A stretch of 64,000 bases of DNA from a virus. Where the stretch lies: IMG/VR virus record IMGVR_UViG_3300020182_001907; one strand, 5' to 3'. How positions within the stretch are numbered: the first letter of the stretch is position 1; every line of letters starts with the position of its first letter. The position numbers were made by a program, and so were the translations under genes. Under the pieces are notes generated by a model that saw only the letters and a program-made list of their open reading frames with translations, had not been told where the DNA came from and did no database searches. Shown one piece after another: positions 54,848-63,042 of this stretch.

Positions 54848-55771
54848 TTATTTTCCTATTGCGTTTCCGTATATATGAACGTGGGCTCTTGTAGTATAGT
54901 TGTAACCACGTTGTATTGCTTCATCAGCAATGTTTGCTTCTGTTAAAGTAAGTCCTTCAAAGGTACCACCAACGCCCATAATCCAAACAGGAAAATCACA
55001 ACCGGCATCTCTAAATGCTTTAGTGTGTTCTTCCACTTCACGCCATGATTCCTTCGAACCGTTTACCACAAACTTTAACTGCCCGTGAGGACTAACCTGT
55101 ACATACTTACCTACTACTTTTGGCTTAATTGCTTTAGAGTTCTTCTCTCCAGCAGTGTTCCACAGTTTAGGTGAAATACTCCAATACCATTCAGGCGAAC
55201 CTAATGAGTCAGATAGCAATCCACCATAATCGCTTGAGGTATAAAATCTTCCTTGTATCCAACTAGCCATCTCGTCTGTGATATGCTGTGTACCGTTTGT
55301 TTCCACAGTAACGTTCTTGGGTGTGTTGAGCCGTTTATGAAACTCCTGCATAACAGCAATCATGCTCTTTTGGCTTGCTTTAAGCATGGGCTCACCACCT
55401 GTAAACACCATGTGTGTCCATTGCTTTGTTTTAGGATGACAGAACTTTCCATGTGGCAGCAATGCAGTTAGTTCGTCTACACCTTGCTCAACAGTGCGAT
55501 TATTAATCAAGTGTCGATACCGTTTGCTCCAAGTATATGAACTGTCACATCCTTTATCAAATACAGGCAAGTCAAACACACTTGTGATGTTAGTAATATC
55601 TAGTGTTTCATAAGGTAGTTCATATGTACTAGGATCAGTAGGATCAGTTTGTCCAAACCCGTCACACTGCAAGTTGCACAGAAAGAAACGCATCCACAAG
55701 CTGGGTATGCCTGTGTATGCGCCTTCGCCTTGTGCACTAAAAAATGTTTCTGAATATTTAAGTGATTCCAT
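54848..55771 (-). CDS. queE: 7-carboxy-7-deazaguanine synthase (radical SAM)
   Basis: SETFFSAQGEG..TG.PS..MRF..CNLQC...GCDS.Y.W, VFTGGEP, VETNGT, SISPKL, LKFVV and R.H..I.GN. Confidence 0.9.
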   Translation of the reverse strand: MESLKYSETFFSAQGEGAYTGIPSLWMRFFLCNLQCDGFGQTDPTDPSTYELPYETLDITNITSVFDLPVFDKGCDSSYTWSKRYRHLINNRTVEQGVDELTALLPHGKFCHPKTKQWTHMVFTGGEPMLKASQKSMIAVMQEFHKRLNTPKNVTVETNGTQHITDEMASWIQGRFYTSSDYGGLLSDSLGSPEWYWSISPKLWNTAGEKNSKAIKPKVVGKYVQVSPHGQLKFVVNGSKESWREVEEHTKAFRDAGCDFPVWIMGVGGTFEGLTLTEANIADEAIQRGYNYTTRAHVHIYGNAIGK

Positions 55772-56285
55772 TTATTTCTCCGAAATCAAATTTTAGACTG
55801 GATAACAGATATTCTATATCGCTCTGCTCTAACTCGCCATAGCTCTTTACAAAAGCATCATATACGATTTGATGCAACATACTTTCCTTAAAATGGTACT
55901 CATTTATGTATAAATCTTTTAAGATGTCACGTAATATATGGTGTAATCCTACCGCAAACAACCGTTTTAAATCGTCAGTGTTTAAATGTACATTTCCATA
56001 TGCAAGCACCGCTAAAAATACCCATTTACTTAGTCCCAGTGTGTGCAGAGATAGTTCGTTTTTTGCGTTGTGGGTTACTTCTAGTTCAATAAATTCCTTA
56101 TTACTAATTTCTGTTGTGTCAAGATAATAATCTATGCAAGCAAATACTTCTTCGTAAGTAACTGGATACAATCTTTTTGTGCGTACTAAGTTCCTATCTA
56201 CTACTACACTTTCTAATACTGCATCCACCGGTGTAGCAGTGGATTCAATAAGCACTTGATTACTAAATTGTCTCCTACCGAACAT
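55758..56285 (-). CDS. Hypothetical protein with DUF433-like N-terminus
   Basis: LI..T.TPV..VL.......YPVT.EEV.ACIDYY resembles the DUF433 wHTH pattern. Confidence 0.45.
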   Translation of the reverse strand: MFGRRQFSNQVLIESTATPVDAVLESVVVDRNLVRTKRLYPVTYEEVFACIDYYLDTTEISNKEFIELEVTHNAKNELSLHTLGLSKWVFLAVLAYGNVHLNTDDLKRLFAVGLHHILRDILKDLYINEYHFKESMLHQIVYDAFVKSYGELEQSDIEYLLSSLKFDFGEINGIT

Positions 56286-56287
56286 TA

Positions 56288-56959
56288 TTACGAATGCCCC
56301 TTCATGCTTAAACATACATCGTAAAACTCTTTCTTTAAACTCTTGTCTGATTGGAATAGGCCATGCATAACAGCAGTTGTCATATCCGATTCATGTTCTT
56401 TGACGCCTCTGTGCGTCATACAATGATGTTCTGCTTTAACTAAAACAGCAACATTAGGCGTCTTTGCATACTCCATTAATGCCTCTGCAATCTGTGTAGT
56501 CATCTCTTCCTGAATCTGTGGCCGCTCTGCAATGTGATGTGCTAGACGATTAAACTTGCTGAGACCAATTACTTCTTCCTCAGGAAAAATACCTACCCAA
56601 CACTTTCCAACGATATTTTGAAAATGGTGTGCACAAGTACTCCTGATACTTATAGGTCCTGTAACATACAAGCTTTTGTAGCCCATGTTAGGAAAACTTG
56701 TTACTCTAGGAACAGGTGCATAACGGCCGCCAAATGTTTCCCTAATAAACATTTTTGCAACACGTTTTGCAGTTTCTTGTGTATTGTGATCGTTATCTGT
56801 GTCAATAACCAGGGCTTCTAGTACACTCTGCATAGCAGTTTGTACTTCTGATTGTAATTGATCTAGTTCACCTTCATAGATAAACTCTGCAATATTGTCA
56901 TTACTGTGGAACCGCTTGCCTGCTTTTCCTATGCGGCTACGAATTTTGTCTGAAATCAT
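56288..56959 (-). CDS. folE: GTP cyclohydrolase I
   Basis: ET..RVAKM, STCAHHF, GLSKFNR, RPQIQE.MT.QI and H.CM..RGV. Confidence 0.95.
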   Translation of the reverse strand: MISDKIRSRIGKAGKRFHSNDNIAEFIYEGELDQLQSEVQTAMQSVLEALVIDTDNDHNTQETAKRVAKMFIRETFGGRYAPVPRVTSFPNMGYKSLYVTGPISIRSTCAHHFQNIVGKCWVGIFPEEEVIGLSKFNRLAHHIAERPQIQEEMTTQIAEALMEYAKTPNVAVLVKAEHHCMTHRGVKEHESDMTTAVMHGLFQSDKSLKKEFYDVCLSMKGHS

Positions 56960-56985
56960 ATTAAGAATCCTTTGTAAGTTTTATA

Positions 56986-57014
56986 ATTATACAGCTATTT
57001 AGACAGGAAGTCAA
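56986..57014 (-). promoter_or_regulatory. Composite promoter upstream of folE: TTGACT-N17-TATAAT with embedded TAAATA
   Basis: The minus strand reads TTGACT TCCTGTCTAAATAGCTG TATAAT. Confidence 0.6.
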
Positions 57015-57029
57015 GTATCAAAGGAAAAT

Positions 57030-57494
57030 TTAAGACCACCAATTTTCCCAGGGGAATTCAAACCATTGTGTATCGTCAGATCTACGTATATCCCTACCAG
57101 TGAAATCCACTTCAAATTCAACTTCATGGTTATGAATAGCAGCAGCGTAACTTACATAAGCAAAATGGCCTTCATTATGAATAAACTCTGCTATTTGTTT
57201 GAATGTTTTAGCAGTATCACATATATCATCTACTATTAATACGTCTTGACCTACGAAGTATTTTAATATGTCATTGAGTTTACTGGTTTCTCTAATATAG
57301 CCATCCCGAGTTTGCCATGCAACAGCGTGTGTTGGTACACTAAAATAGTGACTTAGTTTGTTAGAGAAGTCTACACCACCTCGCATAATGCCTACAATAA
57401 CATCTGGTTTATAATTAGCGATTGACATTTGACGAACACATTCTGAATAATATCCGTTCATTTGTTGTTCTGATAATTTTTCTATTACAGGCAT
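57030..57494 (-). CDS. Purine phosphoribosyltransferase (Gpt/Hpt-like)
   Basis: VGIMRGG, PRPP-binding VLIVDDICDTAKT and W.EFPWE. Confidence 0.85.
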   Translation of the reverse strand: MPVIEKLSEQQMNGYYSECVRQMSIANYKPDVIVGIMRGGVDFSNKLSHYFSVPTHAVAWQTRDGYIRETSKLNDILKYFVGQDVLIVDDICDTAKTFKQIAEFIHNEGHFAYVSYAAAIHNHEVEFEVDFTGRDIRRSDDTQWFEFPWENWWS

Positions 57495-58465
57495 TGTAAT
57501 TTTTTCCCAGTGGTACTGCTCTTTTGCCAATCATATGCATGACTTACTATATCTTTTAAAGTAAACTGTGGCTGCCAGCCTAGTAATTCTTTTGCTTTAG
57601 TAGTATCTGCATTCGTAGCAGCAATATCTCCAGGCCTAGCCGGGCCTACATCATACTCTATTGCTCTTGCATGTTTTTCTATTACTGCATTCATAACATC
57701 TAATATGCTATAAGAATTACCACAGCCAATATTAAATACATCACTAGTTTCTTGGTCATGTATATAATTTAATGCTGCTAGATGCGCAGTAGCAACATCA
57801 TATACATGTGTGTAATCTCTTTGAGCTGTGCCGTCAGGTGTGTTGTAAGAATTACCATTTACTGTAAATGTTTCTTGTTTTAATGCTGAGATGCATAAGG
57901 CTGGAATTAAGTGACTTGCAGGACTTTGTGTATAACCATGGCTTAAGTCAGGCATCGCACCAGCAGCATTAAAATAACGTAGAATTATATAGTTAAAGTC
58001 ATATGCTTTTCTATAATCCTCCAAAATCGTCTCTATAATGAGTTTTGATCTAGCATAGGGACTTTGCGGGTTACAATCGTGTGTCTCGGGTGTAGGAGTA
58101 GATGCATTGCCATAAACACTACTTGAGCTACTGAAGACAAATTCTTTAACACCAGCATCTACAGCACAATTTAGCAGATTGATAGTATTTGCAACATTGT
58201 TTGCATAGTAAACTGCTGGATCAATAACGCTTCTACCAACTTCATGATCAGCAGCAAGGTGTATAATACTGTCAGGTCGTACTAGTTTTATAATACCTTT
58301 TACTTGATTATTGTCAATATCAAAGGGATATTGTGATACTCCTTCTATTTTTTTCTTTTTTCTATCTAAATTAATAACATTGTGTCCTGCGGATACTAAT
58401 AATTTACATACCACAGTACCAATAAAGCCTGAACCTCCTGTAACTAAGATCGTTTTACTTTCCAT
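57485..58465 (-). CDS. galE: UDP-glucose 4-epimerase
   Basis: VTGGSGFIG, HLAA..EVGRSV.DP..YY.NN, YARSK, LRYFNAAGA and Y.TPDGT..RDY.HV.D. Confidence 0.85.
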   Translation of the reverse strand: MESKTILVTGGSGFIGTVVCKLLVSAGHNVINLDRKKKKIEGVSQYPFDIDNNQVKGIIKLVRPDSIIHLAADHEVGRSVIDPAVYYANNVANTINLLNCAVDAGVKEFVFSSSSSVYGNASTPTPETHDCNPQSPYARSKLIIETILEDYRKAYDFNYIILRYFNAAGAMPDLSHGYTQSPASHLIPALCISALKQETFTVNGNSYNTPDGTAQRDYTHVYDVATAHLAALNYIHDQETSDVFNIGCGNSYSILDVMNAVIEKHARAIEYDVGPARPGDIAATNADTTKAKELLGWQPQFTLKDIVSHAYDWQKSSTTGKKLQCL

Positions 58466-59447
58466 GTGTGTGTTCTCCAAACCAAACGTCAAAACAATTA
58501 TTTTTTATTTTATATGACTCTGACCCTGTTGTATTTGTTAAAGCATCGCAAACCATATCAATACTTTCTTCAAACCTATCGAATAAAAATTCTTTAGGAT
58601 ATAATTCTGGATAAACTAATCTGTTGGGCAAAATAACATTGCATCCTAAATATGCAGCTTCAGCCATCCCAAAACCAAAATTTTCTTGTAATGCGTAACT
58701 AACAGCACATTTGCTTTTCGCTACTATATTATAGTAATTATCTTTATCCAAGTTCATTTCTTGTGTTTTAAGGAATTTTACTGGAAAATCTAGCTTTTTC
58801 GATACTTGTCGTGCTAGTTCATCAAACAACCATGGCTGCTTTTCATCGCACAACCTTCCATTAAATATTACAATATTATCTTTTTCTGTTCCTAGATGCA
58901 TGTCTAAGCCTACAAAATCTAAAGGTAGTCCGCTAACAATTAGTTTTTCTGACTGTACCATTCTTTTTTTAAGGATGTCATTTCGAATAAAATTACTGGC
59001 GCAAAAAACTTTGTCGGATATGTCAAAAACCATATCCTCGAAGTTTTTTGCCCAGCGTTCCATATCACGTACAAAGTCTGTATCAGTAAAACTTCCTGCA
59101 TGTACAACACCAGTAATTTTTGCATTTACTTTATGAAAATAATTCATATAGGCAATACTTTCGATCCCAGGGAACCAGATATCACTAAAAAAGAACACAT
59201 CATTGTCGGATACTTCGCCACGCTCATACATACTGGCAATTTCTGCCATCTGTAAACTTTTAAATTTAGAAGTAAATGCAGCATTTAAAAAACAACCTTC
59301 AGGTAATCCCGCAGGCTCTCCTGCAGCAGGATATACTCGTACAAATGGAACATTATTGACATTCAAATAATTAAGTATGTCTCTGTCCATATGAACTGTG
59401 TATCTGCCTTCAATATGCTCTAACGGAACATATATAATCTTACCCAT
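58455..59447 (-). CDS. GT-B (GT4-like) glycosyltransferase
   Basis: HAGSF...D, FNGRL..EKQP and retaining-GT motif QENFG.GMAEA...G....P.RL.YPE. Confidence 0.75.
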   Translation of the reverse strand: MGKIIYVPLEHIEGRYTVHMDRDILNYLNVNNVPFVRVYPAAGEPAGLPEGCFLNAAFTSKFKSLQMAEIASMYERGEVSDNDVFFFSDIWFPGIESIAYMNYFHKVNAKITGVVHAGSFTDTDFVRDMERWAKNFEDMVFDISDKVFCASNFIRNDILKKRMVQSEKLIVSGLPLDFVGLDMHLGTEKDNIVIFNGRLCDEKQPWLFDELARQVSKKLDFPVKFLKTQEMNLDKDNYYNIVAKSKCAVSYALQENFGFGMAEAAYLGCNVILPNRLVYPELYPKEFLFDRFEESIDMVCDALTNTTGSESYKIKNNCFDVWFGEHTHGK

Positions 59448-59511
59448 ATTAGGTTTCCTTATAAATTGATGACGTATTTTTCTTTTTTGTAATAATCTGC
59501 CAGCACCCATT

Positions 59512-59691
59512 TTACATTGCGTTCTTTTTGTCCTGGATTTCTGCACGACGAGCTTTTGCAAGTTTTGCAAGTTCTCCCAAAGCCTTACGAGCTCTTGCCG
59601 CAGATGCTTTTACGCCTTTGGTTTCAAACTTCTCGCTTTCTGCGAGATACTCTTCCATTTGTGCTTTAATTTGTAAATGTACTTCTGTCAT
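59512..59691 (-). CDS. Histone H1-like (Hc1 family) nucleoid protein, 59 aa (absent from ORF track)
   Basis: MTEVHLQIKAQMEEYLAESEKFETKGVKASAARARKALGELAKLAKARRAEIQDKKNAM. KF..KG.KA...RARKA..EL is the Hc1-type motif; strong AAGGAG RBS. Confidence 0.7.
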   Translation of the reverse strand: MTEVHLQIKAQMEEYLAESEKFETKGVKASAARARKALGELAKLAKARRAEIQDKKNAM

Positions 59692-59702
59692 TTCTTTCTC
59701 CT

Positions 59703-60788
59703 TTAGTTTGTTTCATACCCTACAGCATAATTGTAATCTACGTAATCCTTCTTACATTTTAGATTACATTCCACCCAGGGCGAACTCTTCCAACTGTTAA
59801 ATAGTTTCTTCCAATGTTCATGATTAAGAACATCTTGCATAGAACTTGTTTTGACACTAAGTTGATCTCTATACATATAAAAGAAACTGTCAGTATAATT
59901 TATTGTTTTATCACCGTCACTCATAGCAATATAGGGAAAACTAGTCCAGGAACAGGGATGTAGTGCACCATCAGCGCTCAAATACATACCTCTGTTTCCC
60001 ACCATGCATAACGGCAAAATATTACCTTGTGGTTTTGCATTTTCATATTTAAAATGGTTAGTTTGCATATAGTTTTCTATAGGCTGTGTCCTGTTGCTAA
60101 TTTTTTTAATGCTTCTTTCGTATCTGTTAGTGCTACTAACAAATTCTGAATCTGGTTCTAAAGGATCGTATTCTCCGTACGATCCGTACTTGCTAGAAAA
60201 CTTTGTGCTTTTAGTCCATTGTACACTATCACAGCCATTTTGTAAAGCCTTATTTTGTATGTCGTAAATATGATCCTGATTAAATTTAAAATATATTGCT
60301 GCCCATACTGTAAATGCATCACTTTCTAATCCTATTATACGCATACCTTCCATTATGCTGTCCCACTCACTGTTTACCCGATATAGTATGTTACTGTCGT
60401 GATCGTAGCCATCTACACTAAAGTTTACAGTATCATAGTTGTTTAATAACCCTGCTAGCTCACGCCACCATTCTGGCTTTTTATAACTGCCGTTAGTGAT
60501 AATGAATATGTGACACGTAGGTTTAAGATTTTTTATATAGCGTACAATGTCTAGCATGTCCTTGCAGTATATAGGATCGCCGATATCTCCGCAAAATGTA
60601 AAACGTTGTACGTGTTCCAGTATAAAATCTTCTGTAAATGCGTTTTTAAACTCCTCAAAAGACCATTCTTTGTTTGTCCAGGAAGTGGCAGGCAATTCAG
60701 TTCTGGGGCACCTAGGACATTTTAGTGTGCACTTAGCACTTAACTCTATGTGCCAATGATATAATTGCCAGCCGTAATTATTAATCAC
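59703..60788 (-). CDS. Radical SAM/SPASM domain protein
   Basis: CTLKCPRCPR, CGDIGDP, TNGS, FSVDG and C-terminal C....G.L.PCSW...C...C. Confidence 0.85.
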   Translation of the reverse strand: MINNYGWQLYHWHIELSAKCTLKCPRCPRTELPATSWTNKEWSFEEFKNAFTEDFILEHVQRFTFCGDIGDPIYCKDMLDIVRYIKNLKPTCHIFIITNGSYKKPEWWRELAGLLNNYDTVNFSVDGYDHDSNILYRVNSEWDSIMEGMRIIGLESDAFTVWAAIYFKFNQDHIYDIQNKALQNGCDSVQWTKSTKFSSKYGSYGEYDPLEPDSEFVSSTNRYERSIKKISNRTQPIENYMQTNHFKYENAKPQGNILPLCMVGNRGMYLSADGALHPCSWTSFPYIAMSDGDKTINYTDSFFYMYRDQLSVKTSSMQDVLNHEHWKKLFNSWKSSPWVECNLKCKKDYVDYNYAVGYETN

Positions 60789-61381
60789 GGCGCTAACCTT
60801 AAAAACTTATCTGCAGAAAATATAAAGTGATATATTTCTTCCGCAACATCTTCAGGCAAAAGGTGTTGATTATCATATAAATTATCAATAGATTTGTGGT
60901 TAGGCTTATGTCTATTATTATTAAAGTTTGTTTTAGTAAGGCCTAACCGAACTTCCTTAACTGTAACACTAGGATGCTCTTGGGAAAGCATATTACCAAA
61001 GTCTTCTAATGCTTTTTTAGATAGACTATATACTAAATCACCAGGCCAAAACTTATCATTGTTTGTGCTTGTGATGTTAACAATTATTACTTCTGAGTTT
61101 TTTCTAATTGCTAACTGACTTAGAGTCATAGGACTTACTAGATTAGCAGAGATAATTTTTTGCCAATCTAAAGTGTTATGCGAACTAAACGGAACTTTAC
61201 CACCCAAGTCGTGACCAGCACAGTTTATTAGCATGTCCACAAATGGCAGGCTTTCTATTCTGTCAGGGTAGTCTAAATCACATGCATTACGTGTTAGTTC
61301 AAACACATTATGTGTGGCTTTTAACAATGTGCTCAGGCACTTTCCTACCCCACTTGATGTTCCGGTAATTGCAACTTCCAT
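60785..61381 (-). CDS. Short-chain dehydrogenase/reductase
   Basis: ITGTSSGVG, LINCAG, NITS and catalytic YSLSK. Confidence 0.85.
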   Translation of the reverse strand: MEVAITGTSSGVGKCLSTLLKATHNVFELTRNACDLDYPDRIESLPFVDMLINCAGHDLGGKVPFSSHNTLDWQKIISANLVSPMTLSQLAIRKNSEVIIVNITSTNNDKFWPGDLVYSLSKKALEDFGNMLSQEHPSVTVKEVRLGLTKTNFNNNRHKPNHKSIDNLYDNQHLLPEDVAEEIYHFIFSADKFLRLAP

Positions 61382-61383
61382 GT

Positions 61384-61791
61384 TTATCCTTGACGCACCT
61401 TCATTGTAAGGTCGCCATAAATATTCTCGCAACCGTTTTCATTGTCTTCGGCTACGGATATTTTTAACCAGCGATTGGGATATTTTGCTTGTATCTCTAA
61501 TGCCAAGTCATCTGCAATCATTTCACAACTCTTGTGATCCAATTGTAGTACACATGTACTGCTTTCTACTTCAGCGTACAATCTTTCTAACCAGCGTTTG
61601 AACTGGATAAATTCAATGTCTCTGTCGTCATGGAACACTTCGATCCATACTTTAAAGTGAAACATGTGTCTATGCGGAAAACCCAGGAAGCTAACATCGT
61701 CCCATTCACCTGTAGCAAGTTTAGGGTCTGTATCTGCACCTGGATACATGTGTACGCCTTCCTTCTGAAAGGTTACCCAAATAGTTCTCAT
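61384..61791 (-). CDS. queD: 6-carboxytetrahydropterin synthase/PTPS-like (QueD-like, T-fold)
   Basis: EG.H.YP, PHRH.F.F.V.I.V...DR.IEF...K, SCEM.A and V.ED.ENG; context with folE and queE. Confidence 0.7.
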   Translation of the reverse strand: MRTIWVTFQKEGVHMYPGADTDPKLATGEWDDVSFLGFPHRHMFHFKVWIEVFHDDRDIEFIQFKRWLERLYAEVESSTCVLQLDHKSCEMIADDLALEIQAKYPNRWLKISVAEDNENGCENIYGDLTMKVRQG

Positions 61792-62195
61792 TATAATGTC
61801 TCCACAAATTCTGCTAAGTCTTTAATGTCTGCATCACTTAACAAACTAGCCTGACTCCACATCATCGCAGATTGTCTGCCAACCTTCTCACGATTCTTGT
61901 ACGCAACAAGTCGCTCACTAATGTATGCAGCAGTTTGTCCTGCAAGTTTAGGACCAACACCACCTTCGCCTTTGCCACCGTGGCATGCAGCACAGCCAGC
62001 ATACTTCTTTTCACCTGGCAATTTTGGCTGTTCTTTCTTAACTGGAGCACCACCTGCTATAGCCACGGTTGGACTAAACAGTTGGTATTCAACAGTCTTT
62101 GGTTCTTCTTTTGGTGGTGTTACTCTTGTGCCAAACACTTTGTTAGGATCACAAGCTGTGATCAATAAGCATAAACTTACTAATAAAACTCTCAT
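61791..62195 (-). CDS. Lipoprotein class I cytochrome c (c553/c4-like)
   Basis: Lipobox LITAC, heme motif CAACH, GPKLAGQ, axial-Met region SAMM and LSD.DI..LA.. Confidence 0.85.
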   Translation of the reverse strand: MRVLLVSLCLLITACDPNKVFGTRVTPPKEEPKTVEYQLFSPTVAIAGGAPVKKEQPKLPGEKKYAGCAACHGGKGEGGVGPKLAGQTAAYISERLVAYKNREKVGRQSAMMWSQASLLSDADIKDLAEFVETL

Positions 62196-62338
62196 GTATT
62201 GTCCCCATCTCTATATTTTACGTTGTTCTTGTCAAAACCTTTTTTCTCATCATGTTCGACCATAAAGGGGTATGCAATACCGCATATGCCTACTAGCAAA
62301 AACCAAGCAGCCCCTAATAGTGTCATGATAGTATCCAT
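62192..62338 (-). CDS. Small single-TM membrane protein
   Basis: MDTIMTLLGAAWFLLVGICGIAYPF...; TAATG and ATGA coupling. Confidence 0.55.
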   Translation of the reverse strand: MDTIMTLLGAAWFLLVGICGIAYPFMVEHDEKKGFDKNNVKYRDGDNT

Positions 62339-62625
62339 TAGTCTTCGCCTTCCCGAAGATTTAACTCCTTTAAGTATTCGCCGCCATCCAATGTAGTGCT
62401 GTGAAAGCTCTCCCATCTTTTAACCACAATTCTTAACCCTCGGCAGATACCAGTTGAACCCACATTTTTAAATGCAAACGCTTCTATTGCCTGCATCTCT
62501 TCACGATTACATTGAGTAAAAGATTTACCATAAAAACTTCTGATAAAGTTTTCACATAAATTACTTAGATATACATCTAACTCTCTTTCTACAACTGAAA
62601 AATTTTCTATAACAAACTTATTCAT
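62338..62625 (-). CDS. Hypothetical protein
   Basis: 95-aa coupled ORF. Confidence 0.6.
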   Translation of the reverse strand: MNKFVIENFSVVERELDVYLSNLCENFIRSFYGKSFTQCNREEMQAIEAFAFKNVGSTGICRGLRIVVKRWESFHSTTLDGGEYLKELNLREGED

Positions 62626-62732
62626 TTATTCAACGCATCTTTTAGTTGCTCTAGAATCACAAGTATGCGCTCAAGCTGTTTCTTGTCTGATACATTATCA
62701 GTGTCAACTTCAAATTCTACTTTAACTTTCAT
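62622..62732 (-). CDS. 36-aa hypothetical protein (absent from ORF track)
   Basis: MKVKVEFEVDTDNVSDKKQLERILVILEQLKDALNK; AAGGAA RBS; ATGA overlap with the next gene. Confidence 0.55.
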   Translation of the reverse strand: MKVKVEFEVDTDNVSDKKQLERILVILEQLKDALNK

Positions 62733-63042
62733 CAGCTTCCTTTACAAACACGCCATCTACCATACGACCTTTGCGATCCTTAATATCATTATACGCTACT
62801 TCTAGACATTCTGTCAAGCTCAGTTTGTTACGTTCAGCGATATTAATTAGTACGACCATCATGTCACCGATATCGTCCCGGATGTCTTTGCCTTTGCAAA
62901 TGTTATCCGATAGCTCACCTGCTTCCTGAATAAGTTTAGCAAACTGTGTCTTATCATCTGAACCTTTAATAAGGTTCCTATCGTGATGCCATTGCTTGAT
63001 ATTTTCTACCCAAGCAAGAATAGTTGTATCTTCCATTGCCAT
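62722..63042 (-). CDS. MazG-like NTP pyrophosphohydrolase
   Basis: W...RNL......Q..KL..E.GEL...DDIGD..VVL.....CL..AY..IKDRKG..VDGVFVKE. Confidence 0.8.
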   Translation of the reverse strand: MAMEDTTILAWVENIKQWHHDRNLIKGSDDKTQFAKLIQEAGELSDNICKGKDIRDDIGDMMVVLINIAERNKLSLTECLEVAYNDIKDRKGRMVDGVFVKEADES

